Assembly: GCA_009886115.1 (NCBI GenBank)
Contig: VFJJ01000111.1
Coordinates: 1 to 64,000 of the forward strand
DNA length: 64,000 bases
Direction of reading: 5' to 3'
From: Actinomycetota bacterium
GTDB lineage: Bacteria; Actinomycetota; Acidimicrobiia; IMCC26256; VFJJ01
The translations under genes were made by a program, and so were the position numbers. This document shows, piece by piece, positions 1 through 7,814 of the stretch. A model generated the notes under the pieces. It made no database searches. It saw nothing but the letters and a program-made list of their open reading frames with translations, and was not told where the DNA came from. Position 1 is the first letter of the stretch; the number at the start of each line of letters is the position of its first letter.

Positions 1-2
1 CC

Positions 3-164
3 GATCTGGCCGACCGCCTCGACGTGTCGCGCCAGACGGTCAACGCCGTCGAGACCGGCCGCTACGACCCCAGCCTCCCCCTTGCCTTCAAGATCGCCGC
101 CGTCTTCGATCAGCCCATCGAGTCGTTGTTCTTCCCGACAGACGACGCAGACCCCCTGGCATAG
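3..164 (+). CDS. XRE-family helix-turn-helix transcriptional regulator, 5'-truncated by the window edge
   Basis: Manual translation from position 3: DLADRLDVSRQTVNAVETGRYDPSLPLAFKIAAVFDQPIESLFF, a typical HTH_3 pattern; TAG at 162-164. Confidence 0.9.
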   Translation, partial: DLADRLDVSRQTVNAVETGRYDPSLPLAFKIAAVFDQPIESLFFPTDDADPLA

Positions 165-255
165 TCCGCTCGGACGTCGTCATACCACGACGGAACCACC
201 CGACAGAAGGACCCACCATGTTCGAGTACCAGGTTTCTCAGGTCGCCGACGGGGC

Positions 256-1014
256 TCAGGTGCTCTGGCGGGCCAGCCAGCCGATGAGCGTGGCGACGGC
301 TCGGGGATCGTGCCGCAGGCGGGGACCACCGGCCTGGACGATGCGCAGCTCGGCATGACCCGCCGCGGCGGCGGCGTACGCCCGGGCGTCGACGATGGGG
401 ACGACCTCGTCGTCGCTGCCGTGCACGATCAGCAACGACCGCGGGGCCAGGCGCGTGGCTGCCGCCAGCGGGTCGAGCGAGGCGATGGCGGCCGCCCAGG
501 CCACCGGATCGGGGGGGAAGGCCGGATCGCGGATGATGCCGATGTTGCGAGCGTGCACGAGGAAGGCCGCGGCATCGCCGACCCAGTGACGCAGCGTCGC
601 CGGCGAGCCCAGGATCGCCACGCCCCTGATGCGCTCGTCGTCGGCCGAGTGCACGACCGCCAGCGCCCCGCCCGTGCTGGCCCCGGCCATCCACACCCCC
701 GACACGTCGTCGCGGGCGGCGAGCATGTCGACGGCCGCGGCCACGTCGGCCCGCCAGCCGTCGATCGAGAAGTTGCCGCCCGAGACGCCCGTCCCCCGGA
801 AGTTGAACGTGAGCACGGCCCAGCCGGTCTCCCTCGTGAGACGCAGGCCCAGCTCCGGGTAGGTGATGCCGGCCGTGGCGGCCCCACGGGGCCCGCTCGG
901 AAACCCGTGGCACAGCACCAGCCCGGGCACCCGGGCGATTCCGGCCGGCCGGCTCAGGTGCGCATCGAGGCTGACGCCGTGGCTGTCGAGGGTGAACGCC
1001 AGGGTCTCGGTCAC
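256..1014 (-). CDS. Alpha/beta-fold hydrolase
   Basis: LCHGFP, FNFRGTG, GASTGG nucleophile elbow, HGSDDEVVP; GTG start chosen at 1014 inside ORF 256..1575. Confidence 0.85.
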   Translation of the reverse strand: MTETLAFTLDSHGVSLDAHLSRPAGIARVPGLVLCHGFPSGPRGAATAGITYPELGLRLTRETGWAVLTFNFRGTGVSGGNFSIDGWRADVAAAVDMLAARDDVSGVWMAGASTGGALAVVHSADDERIRGVAILGSPATLRHWVGDAAAFLVHARNIGIIRDPAFPPDPVAWAAAIASLDPLAAATRLAPRSLLIVHGSDDEVVPIVDARAYAAAAAGHAELRIVQAGGPRLRHDPRAVATLIGWLARQST

Positions 1015-1125
1015 TCGGTCACTCGGTCTCCGGGTCGGACGCCGGGATGCTCGGCGCGAAGGGCCCATGTCTCGGGGTCGCCGCGACCGTGCCGCGGGCC
1101 GAGGCGAGGACGTATCCTGCCGCCC

Positions 1126-1596
1126 GTGACCGACCCCGACGCAACCGACACCGAGATCACGGCCGTGCTGGCCCTGTGGCCGTCCGTGATCCACGCCCTC
1201 CAGGCCGGCGAGCAGGTGGCCGTCGTGCTCCCCGAACCGCCGCTCGAGCGGCGCTTCCGGCTCGTGGCCGATGCCGGCGCTGAACGGGCCGAGCTCCTCA
1301 AGGCCCCGTATCGGCGATGGGCCGGCGACCTCGACGTGACCCCGGGCTGGGCCGGCGTCGTCGGCTGGGCGACGATCGACGCCGCCGTGAGCGCCGAACC
1401 GCTCGCCGAGGCCTGCATCTGGCTCGCACCCTTCGTGGTCTCGACCGTCGGTGCAGCGGCCACCGTCGTCGGGCTCCGGGTCGATGCCCCCGACGGCCGT
1501 CCTGTGCTCTCCGACGTGGCCTTCGAGGCTCGACTCAAGAGCCTGATCGGCAAGCTCCCCGAGGGCAGCTGGCACCCCATCGACGACCAGGAGTGA
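1126..1596 (+). CDS. Hypothetical protein, divergent DUF1802-like
   Basis: WPSVIHALQAGEQV and PVLSDVAFEARL recall DUF1802 termini; TATCCT -10-like box 7 nt before GTG. Confidence 0.55.
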   Translation: MTDPDATDTEITAVLALWPSVIHALQAGEQVAVVLPEPPLERRFRLVADAGAERAELLKAPYRRWAGDLDVTPGWAGVVGWATIDAAVSAEPLAEACIWLAPFVVSTVGAAATVVGLRVDAPDGRPVLSDVAFEARLKSLIGKLPEGSWHPIDDQE

Positions 1597-1635
1597 GTTG
1601 AGCCCCCTCTGGGGCGCTCAACTCACTCCTGGTCG
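1584..1635. repeat. 20-bp perfect inverted repeat (hairpin or REP-like element) over the stop codon
   Basis: cgaccaggagtgagttgagc (1584-1603) pairs with gctcaactcactcctggtcg (1616-1635). Confidence 0.85.
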
Positions 1636-1685
1636 AGCTGGGTCGGGCTGGGGTCGAGCTGGGGTCGGGCTGGGGTCGGAACGCG

Positions 1686-1718
1686 GAAGACCCCCAGGTA
1701 TCGGACCTGGGGGTCTTC
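1686..1718 (-). terminator. 14-bp perfect stem-loop, probable terminator of the small minus-strand transcript
   Basis: gaagacccccaggt-atcgg-acctgggggtcttc. Confidence 0.7.
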
Positions 1719-1925
1719 TCGAGAATCTTCAGCTGATGAGGATCGTCGAGCCGTTTGGGGTGAGAGGCGGGACCAGCTCCTCCCCGGATCGACAACGGCG
1801 CAGCGGTGAAACTCCGCCAGGCGGTCCAGCTGTACCCGACCTAGTGGCCGTGCACCTCCAGGGTCCCGAGACGTTGATCATGCATCGTCGGACCACCTCC
1901 TTTCTCTGGTGCGTGTTTTCTAGCA
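1686..1925 (-). ncRNA. Putative structured small RNA or sORF transcript (14-aa ORF MHDQRLGTLEVHGH at 1885..1841)
   Basis: TG-N-TAGAAA -10-like box near 1925-1917, very long SD AGAAAGGAGGTGGTCC, short ORF, internal hairpins, terminal stem-loop. Confidence 0.45.
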
Positions 1926-1977
1926 CGGCAACGCAGCGACGGGAAGGGGCTTTTTCGGGACGGGCTGAGCGTGCACC

Positions 1978-2439
1978 TCATTCGTGCGAGTCGGGCGGCT
2001 GGGGGAGATCGTCGGGATTGGCCGGCCCACCGACGGCACCGATCTCGCGCAGGTACGCGAGCTGCGCTTCGACGACGGAGTGCACCTGCTCGGGCGTGAA
2101 GGGCTCGGGGCGGCGGGCCGTGCGTTCGAGGATGAACTCGACGGTCTCGGTCCCTCCGACGACGACCGCCGCGGGAGGCGTGGGCGAGGAGCCGTTGGTC
2201 GAGGAACCCCGACGGGCGAAGTACTCGACCTGGAGCTCGATGATGGTGCGCACGTCCTCGTAGGAGAGCTGGGCCGTGACGGCCGAAGGGAGCCGTCGAG
2301 CGACCCAGGCGACGGCGTCATCGATGTCGAAGACCGCTGGAGGAGGAGCGACCGTCCACCGCCGTTGTTCACGCACCAGGACCACCGCGGCCACCGCCAG
2401 CACCAGCGCCAGGACGAGCACCACGATGATCACAGCCAC
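1978..2439 (-). CDS. Hypothetical single-pass membrane protein
   Basis: N-terminal hydrophobic stretch then a globular region; follows the acyl-CoA dehydrogenase. Confidence 0.7.
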   Translation of the reverse strand: MAVIIVVLVLALVLAVAAVVLVREQRRWTVAPPPAVFDIDDAVAWVARRLPSAVTAQLSYEDVRTIIELQVEYFARRGSSTNGSSPTPPAAVVVGGTETVEFILERTARRPEPFTPEQVHSVVEAQLAYLREIGAVGGPANPDDLPQPPDSHE

Positions 2440-2502
2440 GGGAGGCGCTGGCCTCGACGGGTCGGGTGCTCGGGTGGCCGTGGCCTCGGATGCGCCGCCG
2501 GC

Positions 2503-3633
2503 TCAGATGCCGATGCGCTGGGCGAGCAGCTCGCGGTGGTACGTGGCGTCACCGAGGTAGGTCTCGGACGACTTGGCCCGCTTGAAGTACAGGTGCGCGT
2601 CGTGCTCCCAGGTGAAGCCGATGCCGCCGTGGATCTGGATGTTCTCGGCGGCGGCGTGGAAGTAGGCGTCGGAGACATAGGCCTTGGCCAGACAGGCGAC
2701 GGTCGGCATCTCGTCGTTGTCCTCGGCCGCGGCCCACGCCGCGTAGTACGCCGCCGACTTCGACGACTCGACCTCGAGCAGCATGTCGGCGCACTTGTGC
2801 TTGATCGCCTGGAACGAGCCGATCGGGCGGCCGAACTGCACCCGCACCTTGGCGTACTCCACCGACATGTCGAGCACCTTCTGGGCCCCGCCGACCATCT
2901 CGTTGGCCAGGCAGATCGCCGCCTGGTCGAGCGTCTTGGAGAGGGCCGCCCATCCGGAGCCGGCTTCGCCGAGAAGCTGGGCCGAGACGCCCGCGAAATC
3001 GAGCTGGGCGAGCTTGCGGGTCTGGTCCATCGTCTGCAGCGCAGTACGGGTGAGGCCGGGGGCGTCACCGGCGACGGTGAAGAACGACAGACCGTCGGTA
3101 CCGGTCGTGCCCGCCTGGCGGGCCACCACCACGAGCAGGTCGGCGGTGTGCCCGTCGATCACGTAGGTCTTGGTGCCGGTGAGCGTGACGACGTCGCCCG
3201 AGCCCGTGTACTCCATGGCGATGCCCGTGGCGTCCCACTTGCCCGCGGGCTCGGTGAAGGCCAGCGTGGCGATCTGCTCACCGCCGGCGATGGCAGGCAG
3301 GAGGGCCTGCTTTTGCGCTTCGGTCCCGGCGTTGAGGATGGCGTTGGCGCCGAGACAGACCGTCGAGAAGTACGGCGAGCACACGAGCACCCGTCCCATC
3401 TCCTCGAGGACGATACCGAGCTCGACGAACGTGAAGCCCTGGCCGCCGTAAGCCTCGGGGATGTGCAATCCCTGCAGGCCCATCTCCTGGCCCATCTGGC
3501 GCCACACCGCGGTGTCATAGCCGTCGGTCGTGTCCATGAGGCGCCGGACCTCGGCGGAGGGTGACTTCTCCTCCATGAACTTCCGCACGGTCTCGCGCAG
3601 TGCATCCTGCTCCTCGCTGAACGCGAAATTCAC
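2503..3633 (-). CDS. Acyl-CoA dehydrogenase
   Basis: FSEEQDALRETVRKF, RVQFGRPIGSFQAIKHKCADM, IQIHGGIGFTWEHDAHLYFKRA; GGAGG SD before GTG 3633. Confidence 0.95.
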   Translation of the reverse strand: MNFAFSEEQDALRETVRKFMEEKSPSAEVRRLMDTTDGYDTAVWRQMGQEMGLQGLHIPEAYGGQGFTFVELGIVLEEMGRVLVCSPYFSTVCLGANAILNAGTEAQKQALLPAIAGGEQIATLAFTEPAGKWDATGIAMEYTGSGDVVTLTGTKTYVIDGHTADLLVVVARQAGTTGTDGLSFFTVAGDAPGLTRTALQTMDQTRKLAQLDFAGVSAQLLGEAGSGWAALSKTLDQAAICLANEMVGGAQKVLDMSVEYAKVRVQFGRPIGSFQAIKHKCADMLLEVESSKSAAYYAAWAAAEDNDEMPTVACLAKAYVSDAYFHAAAENIQIHGGIGFTWEHDAHLYFKRAKSSETYLGDATYHRELLAQRIGI

Positions 3634-3763
3634 GGTTGTCCCTCCAGGGCACGGGCCGGGCGACGCAGCCGTCGGCATCCGAGCGGCACCGTAGCCCAGT
3701 CGTCGGGCTCGGAACATGTCCGGCGGGGCGGCCACCCGACGTTCGGCTCGGTAGCCTCGGGGC

Positions 3764-4387
3764 ATGAGCATCCTCGCCAATCGCCCGCCCCACTACGAGA
3801 CGGCCGACGTGCGCATCGACAAGCTCGACGTCGGCGGCTTCGAGAACAATGCCTACGTCGTGCGCTGCAAGGGAACGGGCGTCGGGGCGATCGTCGACGC
3901 AGCCAACGAGCACGAGCTGCTGCTCGAAGTGTGCCGCAGCGCCGGTGTCCGTCGAGTCCTCACCACCCACGGCCACTGGGACCACGTGCAGGCGGTGGTG
4001 CCGCTGCGAGATGCCGGCATCGACATCGCGATCGGTGCTGCCGACACCTTCTTGCTCGACACCTACGACACCACGATCGACGACGACGAGGTGATCACCG
4101 TGGGTCGGCTCCGGTTGCGCAGCATCCACAACCCGGGCCACACGCCGGGATCGACGAGCTTCCTGCTCGAGGGGCATCCGATCGTGTTCACCGGCGACAC
4201 GTTGTTCCCCGGAGGGCCGGGCACGACCCGGTTCGAGTACGGCGACTTCCCGCTCATCATCGAGTCGATCGACCGGCGCCTGTTCACCTTGCCCGAAGAG
4301 ACGCTCGTCATGCCCGGGCACGGGCTCGACACCACCATCGGCACCGAGCGCCCGCACGTCCAGGAGTGGGTCGATCGGGGCTGGTGA
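3764..4387 (+). CDS. MBL-fold metallo-hydrolase (glyoxalase II-like)
   Basis: THGHWDH, PGHTPG, FTGDTLF, PGHG motifs. Confidence 0.93.
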   Translation: MSILANRPPHYETADVRIDKLDVGGFENNAYVVRCKGTGVGAIVDAANEHELLLEVCRSAGVRRVLTTHGHWDHVQAVVPLRDAGIDIAIGAADTFLLDTYDTTIDDDEVITVGRLRLRSIHNPGHTPGSTSFLLEGHPIVFTGDTLFPGGPGTTRFEYGDFPLIIESIDRRLFTLPEETLVMPGHGLDTTIGTERPHVQEWVDRGW

Positions 4388-4414
4388 GCCAGCCCGACGA
4401 TCCCTCGAACGCAC

Positions 4415-5233
4415 GTGGACGACACCCCCGCTTCCTTCGGCTCCGTGGCCCCGGACGGGCCCGAACCCGGTTGGTACAACGACCCGGCCGACCCGGCGCG
4501 CCTGCGGTGGTGGGACGGCCGCGCCTGGACCGGCGCCACCGCCGTTCGCGATCACGCGCCGTACGGCCCGTACGGTTCGCACGGTCAGCTCGGTTCGCGT
4601 GGCACGTACGGTCCGTTCGGCACCCGTTCGGCTCCGGAACGCAGCAGCGTCGAGGGCATGCGGTTGCTGGCCCGGCGAGCGCGCCTGGCCCTCGCCGTGG
4701 CGCCGGTGGGGTTCGCCGTGCAGTTCGCCGCGAGCGCGTCGCAGTTTCGCCGGATCGCCGACTCCTGGAACGACCTCGACACGCTCGACGCGTCGAGCTC
4801 GAGCACCGCCGCGTCGGCGGCGTCGCAGCTCGCCGGCGCGGTGATGATCGGCGTCTACGTCGTGTTCCTCATGTGGTTCTTCAACGCTGCCACGGGAGCG
4901 CAGGCGTTGCACATCCCGTCACGGCGCTCACCGGGATGGGCGATCGGCGGCTGGTTCATCCCGATCGTCAACTTGTGGTTTCCGTACCAATCGGCGAAAG
5001 GGCTGCTCCCACCGGGCGACCCGGGCCTGACCCTCGTCAAGCGTTGGTGGGCCTGGTGGATCGCCACCCAGATCATGGGCTTCGTCGTCATCGGCACCGC
5101 GTTCGGACCCCGCTGGCTCGTCGCCGTGGGAACCACCGTCGCGGTGGGCGTGGCGACCGTCGCCGCCTGGGCGGCCCGAGCGATGATCGACAGCGTGGTC
5201 GACGCCCACGCCCGCCTCGCCCGCGGCACCTGA
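4415..5233 (+). CDS. DUF2510 + DUF4328 membrane protein
   Basis: PGWYNDPADPARLRWWDGRAWT (DUF2510); PGWAIGGWFIPIVNLWFPYQ (DUF4328). Confidence 0.8.
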   Translation: MDDTPASFGSVAPDGPEPGWYNDPADPARLRWWDGRAWTGATAVRDHAPYGPYGSHGQLGSRGTYGPFGTRSAPERSSVEGMRLLARRARLALAVAPVGFAVQFAASASQFRRIADSWNDLDTLDASSSSTAASAASQLAGAVMIGVYVVFLMWFFNAATGAQALHIPSRRSPGWAIGGWFIPIVNLWFPYQSAKGLLPPGDPGLTLVKRWWAWWIATQIMGFVVIGTAFGPRWLVAVGTTVAVGVATVAAWAARAMIDSVVDAHARLARGT

Positions 5234-5255
5234 CCCGCCCGCACCCCCCACCTCC

Positions 5256-5308
5256 CCGAAATGTGCGCGGAAATGCTCATGGGGTGAGCGTTTCCGCGCA
5301 CATTTGGG
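5256..5308. repeat. REP-like palindromic element, copy 1
   Basis: ccgaaatgtgcgcggaaatgctcatggggtgagcgtttccgcgcacatttggg; near-identical copy at 40265-40317. Confidence 0.85.
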
Positions 5309-6563
5309 AGTGTCGGGGGGGCATCCCGAAGGTCATGAGCAGCGCGACGGCCTGGATGGCCGCTCCCGAGAGCGCCGTCGTCGTGTACGAGCCCGTGCGG
5401 TCGACGAGCCAGCCCGCCGCTGGGGGGCCGAGCAACGAGCCCACGGCCGAAGCGGTCCCGAGGAGCCCCGCCGCCGAGGCCATGCGCTCGGCACCGAAGT
5501 AGTCGCCGGCCACCGCTGGGAACAGCGTGGGGATCGAGCCGGCCGAGAACGCGAACACTGCGGCGAAGACCGCGAGCGGGCCCAGGGACTCGACCAGGGG
5601 CCACACCGCCAGGGTCAGGCCCATGAGCCCCAAGCTCAAGCGGTACATGGTGAACGCGCCGAAGCGATCGGCCGCGGTCCCCAGGCTGATCCGCCCGGCG
5701 ATCGACGCTGCACCCATCAGCGACACCAGGGCGGCGGCGTTCCCCGTGCTGATGTCGTGCTCCTTGGCATACGGGACGATGAACAGGAACGGGATGAAGT
5801 ACGGGGCCGCTGCGAAGAACGCCGTGCGGTACAGGACCCGAAAGGCCTTGTCGCGCCAGGGCGACGTCTCGTGCGAGCGTCGAGCCGTCGCGCGGCCAGC
5901 GCCGAGCATGAGCGCACCGATCACCAGGAGCGCGAAGTGCGACACGGCGAGGATCTGCAACGAGCCCCTCCAGCCGTGGCCGTCGACGAGGCGTTGCACG
6001 ATGGGCCCGCCCGCGAGGCTGGCGACGCCCGAGCCGGCGGTCGCGAACCCGATCGCCATACCCCGCTTGGCTGTGAAGCGCCTCGACACCACCGAGAGGG
6101 CCGGGAGGATCACGCAGCCCTGAGCGCAGCCCACGATGACCCCGAAGCTCAGGTACAGGTGCGCCATGGTGTCGGCCTGAGCCGAAATGACGAATCCGCC
6201 GGCGAGCAGCACCGCGCCGACCAGCACCACCGGCCGGGCACCGAAGCGCTCCGAGAGACGCCCGGTGATCGCCTGCGAACCCATGAAGAACCCGATGGCG
6301 ATCGACGAGATCCAGGCCACGGCGCCCGTGCCCACGGCGAACTCGGTCTTGATGGGGTTGAACAGCACGGTGAACGTGTACACGGTGCCGAAGACCGGGA
6401 GGTGCACGAGGAACGCGCCCAGGACCACGACCCAGGCCCGTCGCTCGTCTCGTCGAGCGCCAGAGGCGGTGGACGCCACCTCGGACGGGACTTCGGCGGA
6501 GGCGGCCTCTCCGGCTGCGGCGGCAACGATGGAGGTGGCCGCAGCCCGGGAGCGGGATCTCAC
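5277..6563 (-). CDS. MFS transporter (monocarboxylate porter-like); start uncertain
   Basis: About 12 hydrophobic segments; GRLSERFGAR and GTAADRFGA motif-A loops. Confidence 0.88.
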   Translation of the reverse strand: MRSRSRAAATSIVAAAAGEAASAEVPSEVASTASGARRDERRAWVVVLGAFLVHLPVFGTVYTFTVLFNPIKTEFAVGTGAVAWISSIAIGFFMGSQAITGRLSERFGARPVVLVGAVLLAGGFVISAQADTMAHLYLSFGVIVGCAQGCVILPALSVVSRRFTAKRGMAIGFATAGSGVASLAGGPIVQRLVDGHGWRGSLQILAVSHFALLVIGALMLGAGRATARRSHETSPWRDKAFRVLYRTAFFAAAPYFIPFLFIVPYAKEHDISTGNAAALVSLMGAASIAGRISLGTAADRFGAFTMYRLSLGLMGLTLAVWPLVESLGPLAVFAAVFAFSAGSIPTLFPAVAGDYFGAERMASAAGLLGTASAVGSLLGPPAAGWLVDRTGSYTTTALSGAAIQAVALLMTFGMPPRHSQMCAETLTP

Positions 6564-6570
6564 GCGGTGT

Positions 6571-7782
6571 TCACAGCGCCTGGTAGATCGCCTCGACCAG
6601 GCCGACGGTCCGAGGGTCGCCGTTCGCGCCGGGCTGACCGTCGTCGCCGGGAGCCGGGGCCGCAACGTTGCTCATGCGGTTCATGACATACCCGAAACCC
6701 AGCCCGGCCTCGGGATCTGCGAAGCCGAGCGAGCCGCCCGCTCCGGGATGGCCGAACGAACGGGGCCCGCAGCCCGGCGCCAGCATCGGCGGAAGCGTGA
6801 AGCCGAGGCCGTAGCACGAGTCGAAGATCGTGAGCACCCTGTCGGGGCCCGCCGCTTCGACCGTCGACGCTGCAGCCACCGTGGCCGCGCTCAGCAGGCG
6901 CGGGGTTCCGTCGGCGAGCGGGCCGACGCAGGCGGCGTAGAGCCGGGCCAAGGATCGGGCGTCGCCGGCCCCGGTGGACGAGGGCAGCTCGAGCCTCCGA
7001 TACTCCGGCTCGTTCCAGCGCTCGTCGTAGGTCTCCATGCCCTTGGGGGAGTTGATGACCCGGTGCATCAGCGTTCCCGGACCCATGAGCTGCGCGAGCA
7101 TCGGGAGCAGCTCGGCCGGGGGCGGATCGGGTGGGACGAGCGTCGCGCTGCGATGGTGCTCGGCATCGGGGAGGCCGATCCAGTACGAGAGCCCGAGCGG
7201 TCCGGCGATCTCCTCGGCGAAGAACCGGGCGGGACGGCGGCCGCTCACCCGTCTCACGAGCTCCCCGGTCAACCAGCCATAGGTCCGCATGTGGTAACCG
7301 TGGGCGCTGCCGGGCTCCCAGATCGGCCGTTGCCCAGCCAGACGCTCGACGATCGGGTCCCACGCCTGCATCTCGGCGAGACCGAGCTCGCCGTCGGAGT
7401 CGTCGACGTACGGAAGCCCGCAGCGGTGCGATAGTACGAAGCGGACGGGGATGTCGGCCTTGCCGTTGGCCGCGAACTCGGGCCAGTACCGCGCCACGGG
7501 CGCATCGGGGTCGAGCAGGCCCCGCTCGATGAGGAGGTTGGCGCAGATGGCGGTGACGCCCTTGGTCGACGAGAACGTCGTGACGATGGTGTCGTCGCGC
7601 CAAGGATCGCCCGAGCGCCGGTCGCGCACGCCGCCCCAGAGGTCGATCACGGGGCGCCCGTCGAGGACGAGGCACACCGCAGCGCCGACATCGCCATGGG
7701 CCGCGAAGTTCTCGACGAACGCCTCGCGCACCGCGCTGAACCGGCTGTCACACGTTCCGTCGACGTTCACACCGATGGCCAC
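6571..7782 (-). CDS. Serine hydrolase (beta-lactamase/esterase family)
   Basis: FSSTKG (SxxK), WEPGSAHGYH, FGHPGAGGS; CAGACT 6 nt before GTG 7782. Confidence 0.92.
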   Translation of the reverse strand: MAIGVNVDGTCDSRFSAVREAFVENFAAHGDVGAAVCLVLDGRPVIDLWGGVRDRRSGDPWRDDTIVTTFSSTKGVTAICANLLIERGLLDPDAPVARYWPEFAANGKADIPVRFVLSHRCGLPYVDDSDGELGLAEMQAWDPIVERLAGQRPIWEPGSAHGYHMRTYGWLTGELVRRVSGRRPARFFAEEIAGPLGLSYWIGLPDAEHHRSATLVPPDPPPAELLPMLAQLMGPGTLMHRVINSPKGMETYDERWNEPEYRRLELPSSTGAGDARSLARLYAACVGPLADGTPRLLSAATVAAASTVEAAGPDRVLTIFDSCYGLGFTLPPMLAPGCGPRSFGHPGAGGSLGFADPEAGLGFGYVMNRMSNVAAPAPGDDGQPGANGDPRTVGLVEAIYQAL

Positions 7783-7814
7783 GTCCCGAGTCTGACCCCT
7801 CGGTGCCAGCCCCG

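Noticed and set aside
1890..1905. Match to the 16S rRNA 3' end suggesting an rRNA gene
   Set aside because: Only 16 nt match; none of the upstream 16S sequence is present.
6571..7782. Beta-lactam resistance gene
   Set aside because: Motifs fit the widespread esterase-like serine hydrolase group; resistance cannot be inferred from the sequence.
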